DNA from: Naegleria gruberi
Taxonomy: Eukaryota
Length of the DNA stretch: 64,000 nt
Assembly: GCA_000004985.1 (NCBI GenBank)
Contig: GG738850.1
Direction: 5' to 3' (one strand)
Shown here: positions 44,214-55,718 of the stretch, piece by piece
How positions within the stretch are numbered: the first letter of the stretch is position 1
Layout of the letters: each line of letters begins with the position of its first letter
Made by a program: the position numbers and the translations under genes
The notes under the pieces: generated by a model
What the model was told of the DNA's origin: nothing
The model's input: only the letters and a program-made list of their open reading frames with translations
Database searches by the model: none

Positions 44214-46455
44214 ATGCCTCTCAATTGTTGCGGTAAGAAGAAGAAGGGCGAAAATGGAGTAGAGGAAAAGGATGATTTTGATAAGAAACAAGTCCCATCA
44301 GAGTATGGTGTAAATAGAAAAAGATCTTGTACCGATGTATTATGTATTCCAGTGTTTATTTTGTTCTGGATTGGCTTATTTATTATTGCTGGTTTCGGTT
44401 TTTGGTCAGGAAATCCAGCAACTCTTGTAGAACCTTTAGATTATGCTGGTAATATGTGCGGATATGCTGTTGGAAAAGGAAATTCTAATGTCTTTGATTT
44501 ATCGAACAGGACATATTTATGGTATCCTTTCGAGTTCAGACCAGACCAATTGAAAGATATTACTACCTCTAGGTTAATTTCTGCCTTAGGGCTTGGCATT
44601 TGCGTGGAATCCTGCCCTGAGAATGTAGTCAGCCTTATTAGCCCTTTAACAAATCCTCTATGGGATGCAATTGTTTGTAGATATGACTCTAATGCAACAA
44701 CTGCTTATGATAAGGCCTTGCTTGCCTACAATGGTGATGGCTGTTATTTCAACTATTTTACTCATGAACCATGTAAGCATTTCTTTTTACATTTAACTTC
44801 AACAACAATCAGTCTTTAAAAGATGCATTCCAACCTTTGAAAATTCAACCATTGATTCATTTACTAAATTAACTTTCCAACAAACTTTGAAAATTTCAAA
44901 TGGACTCAAACAGGGATTGAGTGAGGTTGGAAAATCATGGCTGCCGATTCTTATTTCATCAGTTTTATGCGTGATTTTATGTTTTGTATTTGTATTATTT
45001 ATGAGACTATTTGTTGGAATTGTAGTAAGGGTTATTGTTATGGCATTCGGTATTGTTTTGGGTGTTGCTGGTGGTTATATTCTATATATCGGTGTCAAGA
45101 AATATGTTGCATCAGAAGTAGATGGTGTTATTGACACTGATTTAAGAACTGCTGCAAATTGGTGGTTGGCCATTGGTGGTATTATTTTATCAATTTTACT
45201 TATTTACTTAGTATTAATGATTTTCCTTTGGGGTAGAATTAGTAAGGCTATTGCAATTATTAAGGAAGGAAGTAGAGCTGTTAACAAATTCCCATCTATG
45301 ATTATTATCCCAGCAGTTATGTTCTTTTTAATTTGTGGTTTAACAGTATGGTGGGCAACTGTTTCTATTTTCCTTCAAAGTACTCAAAAGCCTGTCACAA
45401 TTAGCTCAACTGATGCTAGATGGGCTTCCTATATGAATTCTATATCGGACTTTATGAACACCTCTAGATTGGCAAATAGTTCAATTACTATTGATCAAGG
45501 AACAACAGCTCTCCAAGTATTGAACTTGTATAATTTATTTTCATATTTCTGGGCTGTTGCATTTGTAGATGCCTTGGCATATGTAACAATTGCAGGTGTA
45601 GTTGCATCTTGGTATTTTGGTGGTATTGGTGATGACAAGAAGTCTGAAAAATTCTCAGTTGCAAAGTCATTTTGGAGAGCAATTAGATACCATATCGGCT
45701 CCATTATCTTTGGTTCGTTGGTAGTTGCGATTGTTCAGATGATAAGGTACCTATTTAAGAAGTTAAAGTCGCGGTTTGAAAATTTAGCAAAAGCAAACAC
45801 AGTAGCTACATGGATTTTGAAAGTATTTGATGGAATATTGTGGGTGATTGAAAAGATTGTCAAGTTTATGAACAAGAATGCTTACATCATGATTGCTATT
45901 CACGGTGGAAACTTTTTAATGAGTTCTTCTAGAGGTTTTATGATCGTGCTTGAAAATATTTTGATTGTTGGTACTACTAACACAATCAGTGATGTGGTCT
46001 TGTTCCTTGGTAAGATTTTGTTAACAGTTGTTAGCTCTGTAATCTGCTATTTGATTATTGACTTGAACAATATGTATCTCTTCTTTAACCCAGTACTTCC
46101 AGCAATTGAATATGGTATCATTCCCTCTCTTGTTTGCGCTGTCATTACTTTCATTATCACCACTCTTTTCATGAATCTTTACGATACAGCTATTGATACT
46201 ATTTTATTGTGTGTCAGTTATGAGTTGTGGATCAATCCTGGTGAATGTAAGGGCCCATACTTTATGACCTCAAGATTGAGAAAGATATATCTTGGAAAGT
46301 TAAAGATGGATCGTATTGGTGATTTCTCAAGTTGTTGCAGTTGTTTCAAGAAGGACAAGGATGAAAACAGAGTCACCACAGTGGACAATAAGGAAATGGA
46401 TACTTCCAATAAGGACACGAAATCCAAAGCATCACAAGATAAAAACAAAATGTAA
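44214..46455 (+). CDS. Choline transporter-like (CTL/SLC44/Pns1 family) protein. Two exons: 44214..44772 and 44813..46455.
   Basis: GTAAGC donor at 44773 and ..caatcag acceptor at 44812 (40-nt intron). It joins frame 0 to frame 1 without a stop. Motifs include N-terminal RSCTDVLCIPVFILFWIGLF and C-terminal NPVLPAIEYGIIPSLVCAVITFIITTLFMNLYDTAIDTILLCVSYELW. Confidence 0.75.
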
Positions 46456-46468
46456 ATAAATTATCAGT

Positions 46469-47755
46469 TTAGAAAAAGTCAATGTCCATTAATTTGTTTT
46501 CATCTAAAAATCGTTCGTTATCCATTTCTATATCAAATGGTTTGGTGAATGTGATAGAAAGTTCAGATTTTCTCTTTTCTTCTTCTTCTCTTTGTTTCCT
46601 GTCCAGAATTGATTTGTGTTGGTGTTGTTGATATTGGAAAGCTGTTACTGCAGCTTGATATTGTCTTTGTTTGAGTGTTTCTTCATCCATTTGATTCAGT
46701 TGTTTCTTATTATGTTGAACTCTTCCCCAAGAAACTCTTACTCTATTTCCTTGAATTTCTATACCGTTCATTTCAATAATTGCTCTTTCTGCATGTTCTG
46801 TTCTTGTAAAATTAATAAAACCACAATTACTATTAGTTGGTATCTTTACAGAGGTAATTGGTCCATAACCTTGGAAAAATTCTCTTAAAATCTTTTCATC
46901 AGTATTAGGTGACAAGTTACCAACATAGACAGTTGTATTTTCTTGTTCAAGTGGATCAGTTGTAATAATTGTAGTTGGCATTAAATCTTCTGGAATAGTT
47001 TGTGGAATTATATTTGTTGGTATAGATGGTAATGCATTATTATTAAATAAATTTTGAGAAAGACCAGTTCCAGCCAAAGTACCTAGAGCTCCCTGACTCT
47101 TGAAATTATTGGTAGCATGTGAAATTTTAACAGGTCTAGAAGAAATATAAACTCCTTGCATTTCAGTCATTGATCTCATCATATCATCTTCATCAGCAAA
47201 TTTTACAAAACCATAACCTTTAGAAATACCACTTTTTGGATCCATAACAACTTTAGCACCTCTAACACTTGGATATCTATTTCTAAATGTTTGTTCTAAC
47301 ATGTAATCATTCACATCAGGTGCTAAATCACCAACGAAAATAGAAACAATATTTTCCTTTCCACCTGATGATGGTTTTCCACCAGGTTGACTTGAGAATA
47401 ATGGATTTGATCCTTGATTTTGTGCTGCCCAATTTAATCTATAAATCTTATTCGGAAGTGTTGGTATTGGTTTTCCTGCATAGGACTCTAAAACTGCTTT
47501 AGCAATTTCTATTGATGCAAATTCTACAAATCCGTAACCAATAGATTTTCCTGTATTTCTATCTTTAATAATCTTTACAGAATTAATTGATGGTCGAATA
47601 TCATTAGCAAATAATTTCTTTACATATTCATCGTCCATAGAATCATCCAAATCACCCATCCACAATGTTCTTGCTTTTTGATTACTTTTATCGTTCATTC
47701 CTCCCGATGATGATGATGGAATGAAGCCTCCTCTCTGTTCACGTCTATTAAACAT
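46469..47755 (-). CDS. RNA-binding protein with three RRMs (TIA-1/Pub1/Nam8-like)
   Basis: True ATG in aaaaaaaATG context (MFNRREQRGG). RNP1 motifs are KGYGFVEF, KGYGFVKF and CGFINF. RNP2 motifs are LWMGDL, IFVGDL and VYVGNL. Confidence 0.75.
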   Translation of the reverse strand: MFNRREQRGGFIPSSSSGGMNDKSNQKARTLWMGDLDDSMDDEYVKKLFANDIRPSINSVKIIKDRNTGKSIGYGFVEFASIEIAKAVLESYAGKPIPTLPNKIYRLNWAAQNQGSNPLFSSQPGGKPSSGGKENIVSIFVGDLAPDVNDYMLEQTFRNRYPSVRGAKVVMDPKSGISKGYGFVKFADEDDMMRSMTEMQGVYISSRPVKISHATNNFKSQGALGTLAGTGLSQNLFNNNALPSIPTNIIPQTIPEDLMPTTIITTDPLEQENTTVYVGNLSPNTDEKILREFFQGYGPITSVKIPTNSNCGFINFTRTEHAERAIIEMNGIEIQGNRVRVSWGRVQHNKKQLNQMDEETLKQRQYQAAVTAFQYQQHQHKSILDRKQREEEEKRKSELSITFTKPFDIEMDNERFLDENKLMDIDFF

Positions 47756-47937
47756 TTTTTTTATTTGATCTTTTTTTGAATGTGTTGTTTGCGAATGAAC
47801 AGAAATTAAATAATTGAATAATTGTAAATATTTAAACTTACTGATTTGATAATACATTCAATTACTAAAGCATTACGATAATTAATGTGCACTAAAATAT
47901 TCTCTAAATTTCAGTTAATTTATTTTTAATAGTTTTT

Positions 47938-48652
47938 TTAATTCCTATCATTGATTATTCTTTTAATTTCCAAATAAATTTGTTCTTCTGTACTGCTTCT
48001 TGTCACTGAGACTATTTTACATTTGGAGACAGCTTCAAAATATTGGAGTGCAATTTGTACATCAGAGATTTGACTGGTTGGAGCTTGTTCATCCTTAAAG
48101 TATATACACATTTCAAATTCATTAATTTCTTGTTCCGTATTGACAACATCTGCTATTGTTTGTGGATAATTAATTAACATGAAATCTCTGTAATTTGATA
48201 TTTCCATATATTCTTCGATTTCAACTTTCAATTCTTGCATATTTGGGAAGTTTTTAGTGTTAATGCTAGTTTTTAAATCAATTATTCCAATTTCTATTCA
48301 AAACATGCAATACCTACATTTTCATGTTCATATCTGTTGCAATATGTTTGATGGCTTGATGTATTTCAAAATCTTCCTTAGTGTCTGTAATAATACCTAT
48401 CAATCTTGGCTTTGGAGATGTAGTAGCCTCCATTCCAAATTCTTTAATTTGTTTTAACCGATCCACCAATGCAGGATATGCTTGATTAGGTCTATGTACA
48501 ATCAATTCATAAATTAATTTTGAGAATAATTCCTTAATTCTATGTGATGCTAAATAATCTTGTGCTTGTTTGATTCTCTCCAAATTTTGTTTTTGTTCCT
48601 CCGATGTTGGCAATGAACCATACACCATACCTGCTTTCTCCTTTGATGACAT
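47938..48652 (-). CDS. RIIa/Dpy-30-like dimerisation-domain protein. Two exons: 48318..48652 and 47938..48265.
   Basis: IKELFSKLIYELIVHRPNQAYPALVDRL fits the RIIa/Dpy-30 motif. The GTAGGT donor (minus) at 48317 and ..aaaactag acceptor at 48266 (52-nt intron) remove the TAG and keep the frame. Confidence 0.45.
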
Positions 48653-48789
48653 TTTTTTTAAATAAGTTATTGTTGTAGATTAAAAATGGCGGGAAATGAT
48701 AGTCTTTGATAATAGTAATTAAATAAAGTTCAAACTGGTCATTGACTGCAAAATATTTTCAAAGTTACAAAATTGAAGGATTTATTGAA

Positions 48790-50076
48790 CTAGGCCCAAA
48801 ATATTTTAATGTGTTCGGATACAGTTCTACAAAGTGGACACTCTTTCTTAGTTTCTACCTTCTTTAATTGATCTACACATTCATGACAACATACACAATG
48901 CTTACACTCTAAAAATACAATATTTCTTAATTTTTCATTACAAATAACGCACAACAGGTGATCTTCTTCAATTTCTAATTTTTCTAGTTCACCAAACTTG
49001 TCAGATGTTTGTTTTTTCAAATTTTCCAATCCTTTAGTCTTTTTCCAAATATTTAAATGCTTTACATCTACAAAGTGTTGGAATGTATGATCGTGAAGGT
49101 GAATAGGGTTTTCAGTTCCGAACTGTTTAAAATTCTCATGGCAATCTTTACATAAACAATAATCCTCACTTGGTGACAATTCAAAACATGTAACACATTG
49201 ATGAATATTGGTTGATACTGAAGCACTACAACAGTGACATTCCTTTTTTTCCTTGTTTTCAGTACTAGTGGCAGTGCTACTACTAGGAGCTACATTTGAA
49301 GAAGATGGTGGTATAATTTTTACAGCAGAGTTCAAAGTTGTGCTTGTAGTCAATGGAGTTTGATTAATGACAGTACTTGTTGTCATTGGATTGCTAGAGA
49401 TACTACTGCCTACAACACTCGGAAATTGTTGTGGATAGGATGGTGGAGGAGGATTGCTTCTTGGATAGGATGGTGGTGGTTGATAGATATTATTATTCAT
49501 ATTTGACGGATAAGAGCTTGTGATTATTGGTTGTTGAGGATTGTAAGGTCTTGGAGGTTGATAAATCATACTATTTGACATATTATTTGATGTTGTACTA
49601 GTAGTGGTTGGTATTGTTGATGAATTAATCATTGGATTATTCGTCAACATGTTATTATTATTTCTTGATGGTGGATTATTTACAATAACTGAAGAGGAAA
49701 TTGGTTTTGATGAAGTCATCATACTATTATTATTACTAGCAGAAACTCCATGAGTTAGGAATGTATGAAAAGAAGGATGAGAAATTCCCTTTTTCGTATG
49801 AAAACAATTCTCGCAATAGTCAAAATTGCCACACGTTGCACAATGATATCTAACTCCAACAATAGGCTCTACAGAACAACCATCACATCGATAACTGGTA
49901 TGAACAGTTGCTTGTTGTTGTTGAGCAGATCCTGTATTATTATTTGTCGTTGTATTACTCCCATTCACTGATGAAAACATTCTATTACCACCATGATTCA
50001 CCATAGAGGAGGCTAATGATGGTGAAGATGATGAAAAGTTGAACATTTTTTTTAATGGTGTTGTTTGATGTTCCAT
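48790..50076 (-). CDS. Putative E3 ubiquitin ligase with two ZZ-type zinc fingers and a C-terminal C3HC4 RING
   Basis: The first ZZ finger is YRCDGCSVEPIVGVRYHCATCGNFDYCENCF. The RING is CVICNEKLRNIVFLECKHCVCCHECVDQLKKVETKKECPLCR. Candidate ATGs lie at 50076 and 50046, the latter in aaaaaaaATG context. Asn/Pro-rich linkers separate the domains. Confidence 0.6.
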   Translation of the reverse strand: MEHQTTPLKKMFNFSSSSPSLASSMVNHGGNRMFSSVNGSNTTTNNNTGSAQQQQATVHTSYRCDGCSVEPIVGVRYHCATCGNFDYCENCFHTKKGISHPSFHTFLTHGVSASNNNSMMTSSKPISSSVIVNNPPSRNNNNMLTNNPMINSSTIPTTTSTTSNNMSNSMIYQPPRPYNPQQPIITSSYPSNMNNNIYQPPPSYPRSNPPPPSYPQQFPSVVGSSISSNPMTTSTVINQTPLTTSTTLNSAVKIIPPSSSNVAPSSSTATSTENKEKKECHCCSASVSTNIHQCVTCFELSPSEDYCLCKDCHENFKQFGTENPIHLHDHTFQHFVDVKHLNIWKKTKGLENLKKQTSDKFGELEKLEIEEDHLLCVICNEKLRNIVFLECKHCVCCHECVDQLKKVETKKECPLCRTVSEHIKIFWA

Positions 50077-50425
50077 GTTACACCATAAAGCAAATGTTCT
50101 AAATATAAAATAGAACGTGAGAAGAATTCCTTTGTTTTGTAAACGTGGCAAAATTAATGATGGGTTTCCTTAATGATAAAGGTATTTCAATTTAGAATCT
50201 GTTCTTCTGAGAAACAATTTCTTAAATCTTTATTAGCCCATTCAGCAGTAGTTTATTCAGATAAGAATAGTGGAACGTGTTGAACTCCCAAACAGTAGCC
50301 AAGAATACAAAGGTACGGTTTTGTTTAAATCTGTTTCTTCAGCTATTATTCTTTGAAAATGCACTCACAGATCAAATGCTTGTGCATATTTTAAGTTACA
50401 GGAACCTTAATTTAAGATGGTTTAT

Positions 50426-50545
50426 GACTACGGCCATATCACGATTCATGCACCTCATCCCGTCCGATTTGAGAAGTTAAGCATCGTCGAGCCACATCAG
50501 TACTGAGGTTGGAGACAACTTGGGAACCTGTGGTGCTGTAGTCTT
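50426..50545 (+). rRNA. 5S ribosomal RNA gene (chromosomal, dispersed copy) with T5 terminator
   Basis: The sequence GACTACGGCCATATCACG...CCCGTCCGATTTGAGAAGTTAAGC...AGTACTGAGGTTGG...GGGAACCTGTGGTGCTGTAGTC is followed by TTTTT. Helix I pairs GACTACGGC with GCTGTAGTC. Confidence 0.85.
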
Positions 50546-50662
50546 TTTATTCTTTCTAATATTGAGCTTTATCGATAAAGTAATCGAGTAAACATACAAG
50601 TATTTATCTATCCATCTCTATCATTTGAAAATTTTGGCAAGTTAAAATTGATATCATTCAGA

Positions 50663-50733
50663 TGCGTCGACCGGGAATTGAACCCGGGTCACGGCGATGG
50701 CAACGCCGTATTCTACCACTAAACCATCGACGC
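50663..50733 (-). tRNA. tRNA-Gly (GCC), copy 1
   Basis: The reverse complement GCGTCGATGGTTTAGTGGTAGAATACGGCGTTGCCATCGCCGTGACCCGGGTTCAATTCCCGGTCGACGCA folds as a cloverleaf with anticodon GCC. Confidence 0.9.
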
Positions 50734-51073
50734 TTCTTACTAAGGTATTAAGGATTGTTTGGTTCTAGAAATTAAAGTAAATTGCCTTTATAATCTGACA
50801 ATTGTCAAAGTTGGAGCTTTCCTCACAATATACTGCTTCGGATTCCTCTGTAGCAATGTTTTAGAATACTTAAACCTTGTGTTTGATTTGTCAAATACTT
50901 GTTTCAAGTTCTCTGTGAAGATATGATTGTTCCATACTTGTATACCTGCTTAATTGCTCACAATTCTTCAATAATGATATTTGTTTAATAAATATGTTTT
51001 GAAAGAGTGATAACAGATTAAAATATCAATATTCCATTCAATGCAAATACAATACAAAATACAAGTAGCTTTA

Positions 51074-52291
51074 TTACAAAAACATTCCAATCAATGCCAA
51101 CATGACAATTAAAACGCTTCCAAACTTAATACTAACAGCATCACTTGTGGAAGATGCAGATGTATCCTCAGTACCAACACTAGGGTCCCAAATGAAATTG
51201 GAAACTTGTTCAGTGAAGGAAACATAAAATCTAACAACCTTTGCACTGGAAATATCAGCAGTAATGGCACCATAAGCCAATGTATTAGTATTTGCAATGG
51301 TGGCTGTTGAAGTTGAGGTAGAAACCAAAGTGGCTTTGGAAACAACAGTAGATCCAGTGCTATACTTGGAAACATAGGATTGGAATGAAAAGTATGGCTT
51401 TGGAATATTGAAAGTACTTGACAAATTCCAAGAAGAGAGGAAACTAGATTGATCGAATTGGAAAACAATTTGATCAGATGAGGCAGAATCTGGTCTTTCT
51501 TCTGAGGTGGTTGCAAATAAATCTCTGAGACTTCTACTGGATGCCTTCTTGGCCAATGATCCACGATAGGCAAGGAGTGTGGAAATTGCCAATTTACCAT
51601 TTGAATTCAAATAATTAATTCCAGTAAATTCCAAAGATGACTTGTAGGATGATGGAACTAAAACTTGTGAAACTCCTGATCTAGCAACCAATGATGAATC
51701 AGAGAATGTAACCTCATTAGTTGTTAAATAGCCAGTGAATTTAACAGTACACAAAGTTCCAACAGATGCACTTGTTGTAACTTGATAAATATAGGCAGAT
51801 GAAGAAGATGAAATGGAAGTTTTCACAAGAGTTGGAGTTGACCAAGTAAGACCAACCAAAGGATATTCCTTGACAATTGTATCTCCATTTCCTTCTTGAT
51901 ACCCACTAACTCCATCATTGTCCAAATATTCAATTACTTTGTCCACACCGAATGCAGCTCCAACATCAATAGAAATAGTGGTGGACAAGAGAGAGGTAAT
52001 CTTGATGGAAACTCCAGCACTGGCAACAGCTTTAACCATTGGGATAGTACCAAAAGCAGCATAGAATTTAAGTTGAGTGAAGGTTGACAAGCTTGTTCTG
52101 TTAGTTCCCAAATCACAGGTGGCAGCAGAAGTCAAGGAAACTTGTGAACTTGTTGTGGATGTGGTTACATCTCTCTTACATGAGAGATTGTTAGTTTTCA
52201 AACTGAAACTGACAGATGATGCAGCACTAACGACTTGGATAATGAGAAGCAGTAATAAACTAGCTCCAATTACAACGTGTTGTTTTGACAT
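51074..52291 (-). CDS. Ser/Thr-rich secreted, probably GPI-anchored cell-surface protein
   Basis: N-terminal signal peptide MSKQHVVIGASLLLLLIIQVVSA. C-terminal hydrophobic tail FGSVLIVMLALIGMFL. About 35% of the sequence is Ser plus Thr. Confidence 0.5.
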   Translation of the reverse strand: MSKQHVVIGASLLLLLIIQVVSAASSVSFSLKTNNLSCKRDVTTSTTSSQVSLTSAATCDLGTNRTSLSTFTQLKFYAAFGTIPMVKAVASAGVSIKITSLLSTTISIDVGAAFGVDKVIEYLDNDGVSGYQEGNGDTIVKEYPLVGLTWSTPTLVKTSISSSSSAYIYQVTTSASVGTLCTVKFTGYLTTNEVTFSDSSLVARSGVSQVLVPSSYKSSLEFTGINYLNSNGKLAISTLLAYRGSLAKKASSRSLRDLFATTSEERPDSASSDQIVFQFDQSSFLSSWNLSSTFNIPKPYFSFQSYVSKYSTGSTVVSKATLVSTSTSTATIANTNTLAYGAITADISSAKVVRFYVSFTEQVSNFIWDPSVGTEDTSASSTSDAVSIKFGSVLIVMLALIGMFL

Positions 52292-52979
52292 TTTTTTTTG
52301 AAATGTTCTTTGCAGAGAACATTATGTGCCTTTTGTTCGCTCTCTTAGATCTTGTAAAGTGACGAAAGAAATGAAAATGGCACCTAGATTACTTGATTGA
52401 GTTGGTTAGGAAAGTGTTCAATCAGTCACTCAACGGAAGTTTAAGGTTCTAAAAGAGCGAAATTAAGAGTGGACCATTCCAACGTCTCTACATGGGCTTA
52501 TTGTATCTACTCATTACAATATTCTAGTTCCTTTTGTGAAAATCATGCTGAAATTAATTGCATTCTCAGGTTCCAATTCTATAACTCTTCTTCAACAGTT
52601 TAATGATTATTCATCTTGTTTGAGGAGTTTGAGCAACATGATTGAGGAAGTGAAGAGGGATAGAATTTATCATTCATTCCTTATATCAGGAATTTATTGA
52701 CTAGGATTGTAACTGAATCATTGATATTAAACAAATTCATTGAAGATAATAAGTGTTACCAGAGAGGTTTTGCCATTCTTCATATTTTCAAATTGTTTGG
52801 TACAAAAAACTTTGAAAAAATAAATATAAAAAATTCCTTCAAAACTGTGATAATTTTCTAGATGATTAAAATAGATGAAAACATGAAATTTCAGATTTAG
52901 GTAGACACAAATGTCTACTTTTATCTATAAAAAATTGAATTATTGAGGTTTAGTATCTATAACCTAAAAAAGTAATTCC

Positions 52980-53050
52980 TGCGTCGACCGGGAATTGAAC
53001 CCGGGTCACGGCGATGGCAACGCCGTATTCTACCACTAAACCATCGACGC
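52980..53050 (-). tRNA. tRNA-Gly (GCC), copy 2 (identical to copy 1)
   Basis: Identical 71 nt. The 11 nt immediately 5' of the gene (CTTAGTAAGAA on the minus strand) are also identical between the copies. Confidence 0.9.
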
Positions 53051-53623
53051 TTCTTACTAAGTAATGAAATTTTACAAGCACGATACAACCTTATTGGGTT
53101 AGAAAATATTAGCTGAAGTAATAAAACTACCACATCATACTAGAGCTAGTATTAGAAGAGTTTCGGCTCTTTCGAAAATGAAATTTTTCTTCAAATATAC
53201 ACATTCATTTTCATGTATAATTTAAAATAGGTTCAAATTCAATTTGGTAGAATTACAATTGAAAAGAAAATTGCTTGTAAAATTTTCCTTATGTTCCTTA
53301 AAGAAATTGGACCACCATTAAATAATGATCACGAACATTCTAATGAAACGTAAATTGATTATTATATAATACATAAAATCCAATTCAAAGTCAAGGATAT
53401 TATACTAGTTATCAAATAATACCCATCTATTGTATAGATAATGGATCAGGTATTAACATGTTCGTAAAAAATTCCTGGTATTCCTTCCTTTTTGTGCAAT
53501 TCAAAAAGTAGGAACAGACAACTATCATTGTCAAGCCTTTGCTAAATATCTTCTTTAATAAATTAATTTTATTTTTTAAAAAATTCATGAAATTGTGCTG
53601 AAGCCTAATAATTGATCGGAAGA

Positions 53624-55717
53624 ATGACAACAAATATACCTTCATCTAATCATCAGAATGGATTGTTGTTGGCGAGGAATAAATTTAGAGAAATGAATAA
53701 TGATATTTACAGTGTAATCATGTCCTTTATGGATGTGATGAATTCATCATCGTTTTATTCATTCCTCTACCAGAAATATAATGATCAGAGTGATGAATTG
53801 TTGAAATTTATATTCCCAGCACTTTATAATTTGAGTAATAATTCTTCATCATCGGATCAGCCAACAAATAATAATACTACTATTAAAGTTAATAGTGAAT
53901 TGACTGAGATAACATTTATATTACATTGCCTTGGATTAGTGAATCAATTAAAATCAGCAGTTACATTTAATTCACTGCCTCCTTTGGAAGTTTTCCCTAA
54001 CATTGACTTGTACAAGGAATGTGATAATTTTGTTTCCTTGTTGGAGTTGATTAAAACCGAATATATTTACTATAAGAAAGTTGACCGTCTAAAATTATTT
54101 AAATTTGTAATGAATTTAGATTGTTTGGCAAGATATATTGGATATGGGCTTTCACACTTTAATTTAAAAACAAAGTCTTTGAAAGATTCCTATTTTACAA
54201 CATTTTCAGCTTTACCATTCTTGAAGAAGGTAAAGGAAACTCTTTTAGAAAAGTTTGAACCAATCCAACTTTTTGAAAAGTATCACATACCAATTACTTC
54301 ACGTGCAATGAAGGAAATTTTGAATCAAATGACCTTTAGATCGAATAAGTATATCAGCTCATTCTATTACTCTACGTATGGTTACTCTCTATGCATGGAT
54401 ATTATAAGAGTTACTGAACATGAAATTATGGAGGAAGATTTTGTCAATACTCTTTCTTATTCATTTAAACTTAATTTTTTGAAGGATTTACATATTTGGG
54501 CGGATTTCAGAAAGATAAAGAATGAGAAATTATTTTTTGATCAGCTTTTGAAGCTCATCGCAAATTTGAACAATAATTTGAATTTGCTCTACATAGATAT
54601 TGACTATTACGAAAATGAAGATCAACTTGTCAAATTAATGGAACTACTCAACTCGGTAAAGAAGAATTTGCACCATTTGACAATATCTACATATACAGAA
54701 TCAAAAGATATGGATCCTTTCGTTAAAATTTCAAAACTTGACTTTACTCACAATATCAAACACTTGACTCTCATCGATAAGAATAATTTCAACTTGTTGA
54801 ATAGGCTAATTTTCAAGAATGCTTCCAGTTCTGAAAATTCAAAACTTGAACAGCTAACAATATCAAATATTGACTATTTATACATGTTTTTGAATGCTCA
54901 TACATCCCTTAAGAGACTTGATTTTTATGGGAATTTGAATTCAACTAATGAGAGCTTTAACGATACAAACCTTATCAAGGAATCATTTATGAACCTCAAG
55001 TCCTTAGATACTGTCTTTATAGATGATAGAAATGAAGCATTGGGATACTCTGTTCTTGGAAATATGGGAATTTATATCAATAACATTATCTTCAAATATA
55101 GTAAGAATGGATATACACTTTCCTCTCTCATTGAATGCTTTAAAAGAAACGCCAGAAGAGTTGACAAATTAACTATTATTGACAATACTAACTTTGGCAC
55201 AAATATCCAATTATTGTGTAAGATTGTTTCATCATTTTTGTTTGATAATATTCTGAACCAATTGGTCATACACACAAGACATGTGTCATTGTTGAACGAA
55301 TTGACCTTCTCAATCCACCACATGTTCTCACCAACTGAGCTCGAATTGAAATATCTTCAGATTATTAAGAAGTTGAATTCTATTGATTTTATTCTATTTA
55401 TTGGAAAGGCTAATAATCCAAACAATAACTTTACCAACTCGAATTTAAATGTAACCATAACAATAGTTCATAGCATACCAATATCTGGAGAATTTAATAT
55501 CAAGGATGAAATTATTGATAAAAGAGCAGAAATAGAAAGTGTAATGAGTAATGTCTGTATTTTGGGAAGTAGTGTCCAATTAGATCAGGTTGATATTCAC
55601 ACATTCAGACCACCTTTCAATCATTATTTATTCTATAGATTTTTGCATTCACTCTCATTTTCCAATAATTTAACACTGACTAGATCATCACTTTATCAAT
55701 TAATGATTGTGAAATAA
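53624..55717 (+). CDS. Hypothetical large protein (about 697 aa), possibly with an F-box-like N-terminus and LRR-like repeats
   Basis: The ATG at 53624 lies upstream of the long ORF that the track begins at a TTG. No confident homology. Confidence 0.45.
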   Translation: MTTNIPSSNHQNGLLLARNKFREMNNDIYSVIMSFMDVMNSSSFYSFLYQKYNDQSDELLKFIFPALYNLSNNSSSSDQPTNNNTTIKVNSELTEITFILHCLGLVNQLKSAVTFNSLPPLEVFPNIDLYKECDNFVSLLELIKTEYIYYKKVDRLKLFKFVMNLDCLARYIGYGLSHFNLKTKSLKDSYFTTFSALPFLKKVKETLLEKFEPIQLFEKYHIPITSRAMKEILNQMTFRSNKYISSFYYSTYGYSLCMDIIRVTEHEIMEEDFVNTLSYSFKLNFLKDLHIWADFRKIKNEKLFFDQLLKLIANLNNNLNLLYIDIDYYENEDQLVKLMELLNSVKKNLHHLTISTYTESKDMDPFVKISKLDFTHNIKHLTLIDKNNFNLLNRLIFKNASSSENSKLEQLTISNIDYLYMFLNAHTSLKRLDFYGNLNSTNESFNDTNLIKESFMNLKSLDTVFIDDRNEALGYSVLGNMGIYINNIIFKYSKNGYTLSSLIECFKRNARRVDKLTIIDNTNFGTNIQLLCKIVSSFLFDNILNQLVIHTRHVSLLNELTFSIHHMFSPTELELKYLQIIKKLNSIDFILFIGKANNPNNNFTNSNLNVTITIVHSIPISGEFNIKDEIIDKRAEIESVMSNVCILGSSVQLDQVDIHTFRPPFNHYLFYRFLHSLSFSNNLTLTRSSLYQLMIVK

Positions 55718-55718
55718 A

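Noticed and set aside
44773-44812. Treating 44214..44819 and 44887..46455 as two genes
   Set aside because: A 40-nt GTAAGC..CAG intron joins the frames exactly. Both parts belong to one CTL-family protein, with N-terminal TM1 and cysteine-rich loop, then TM2-10.
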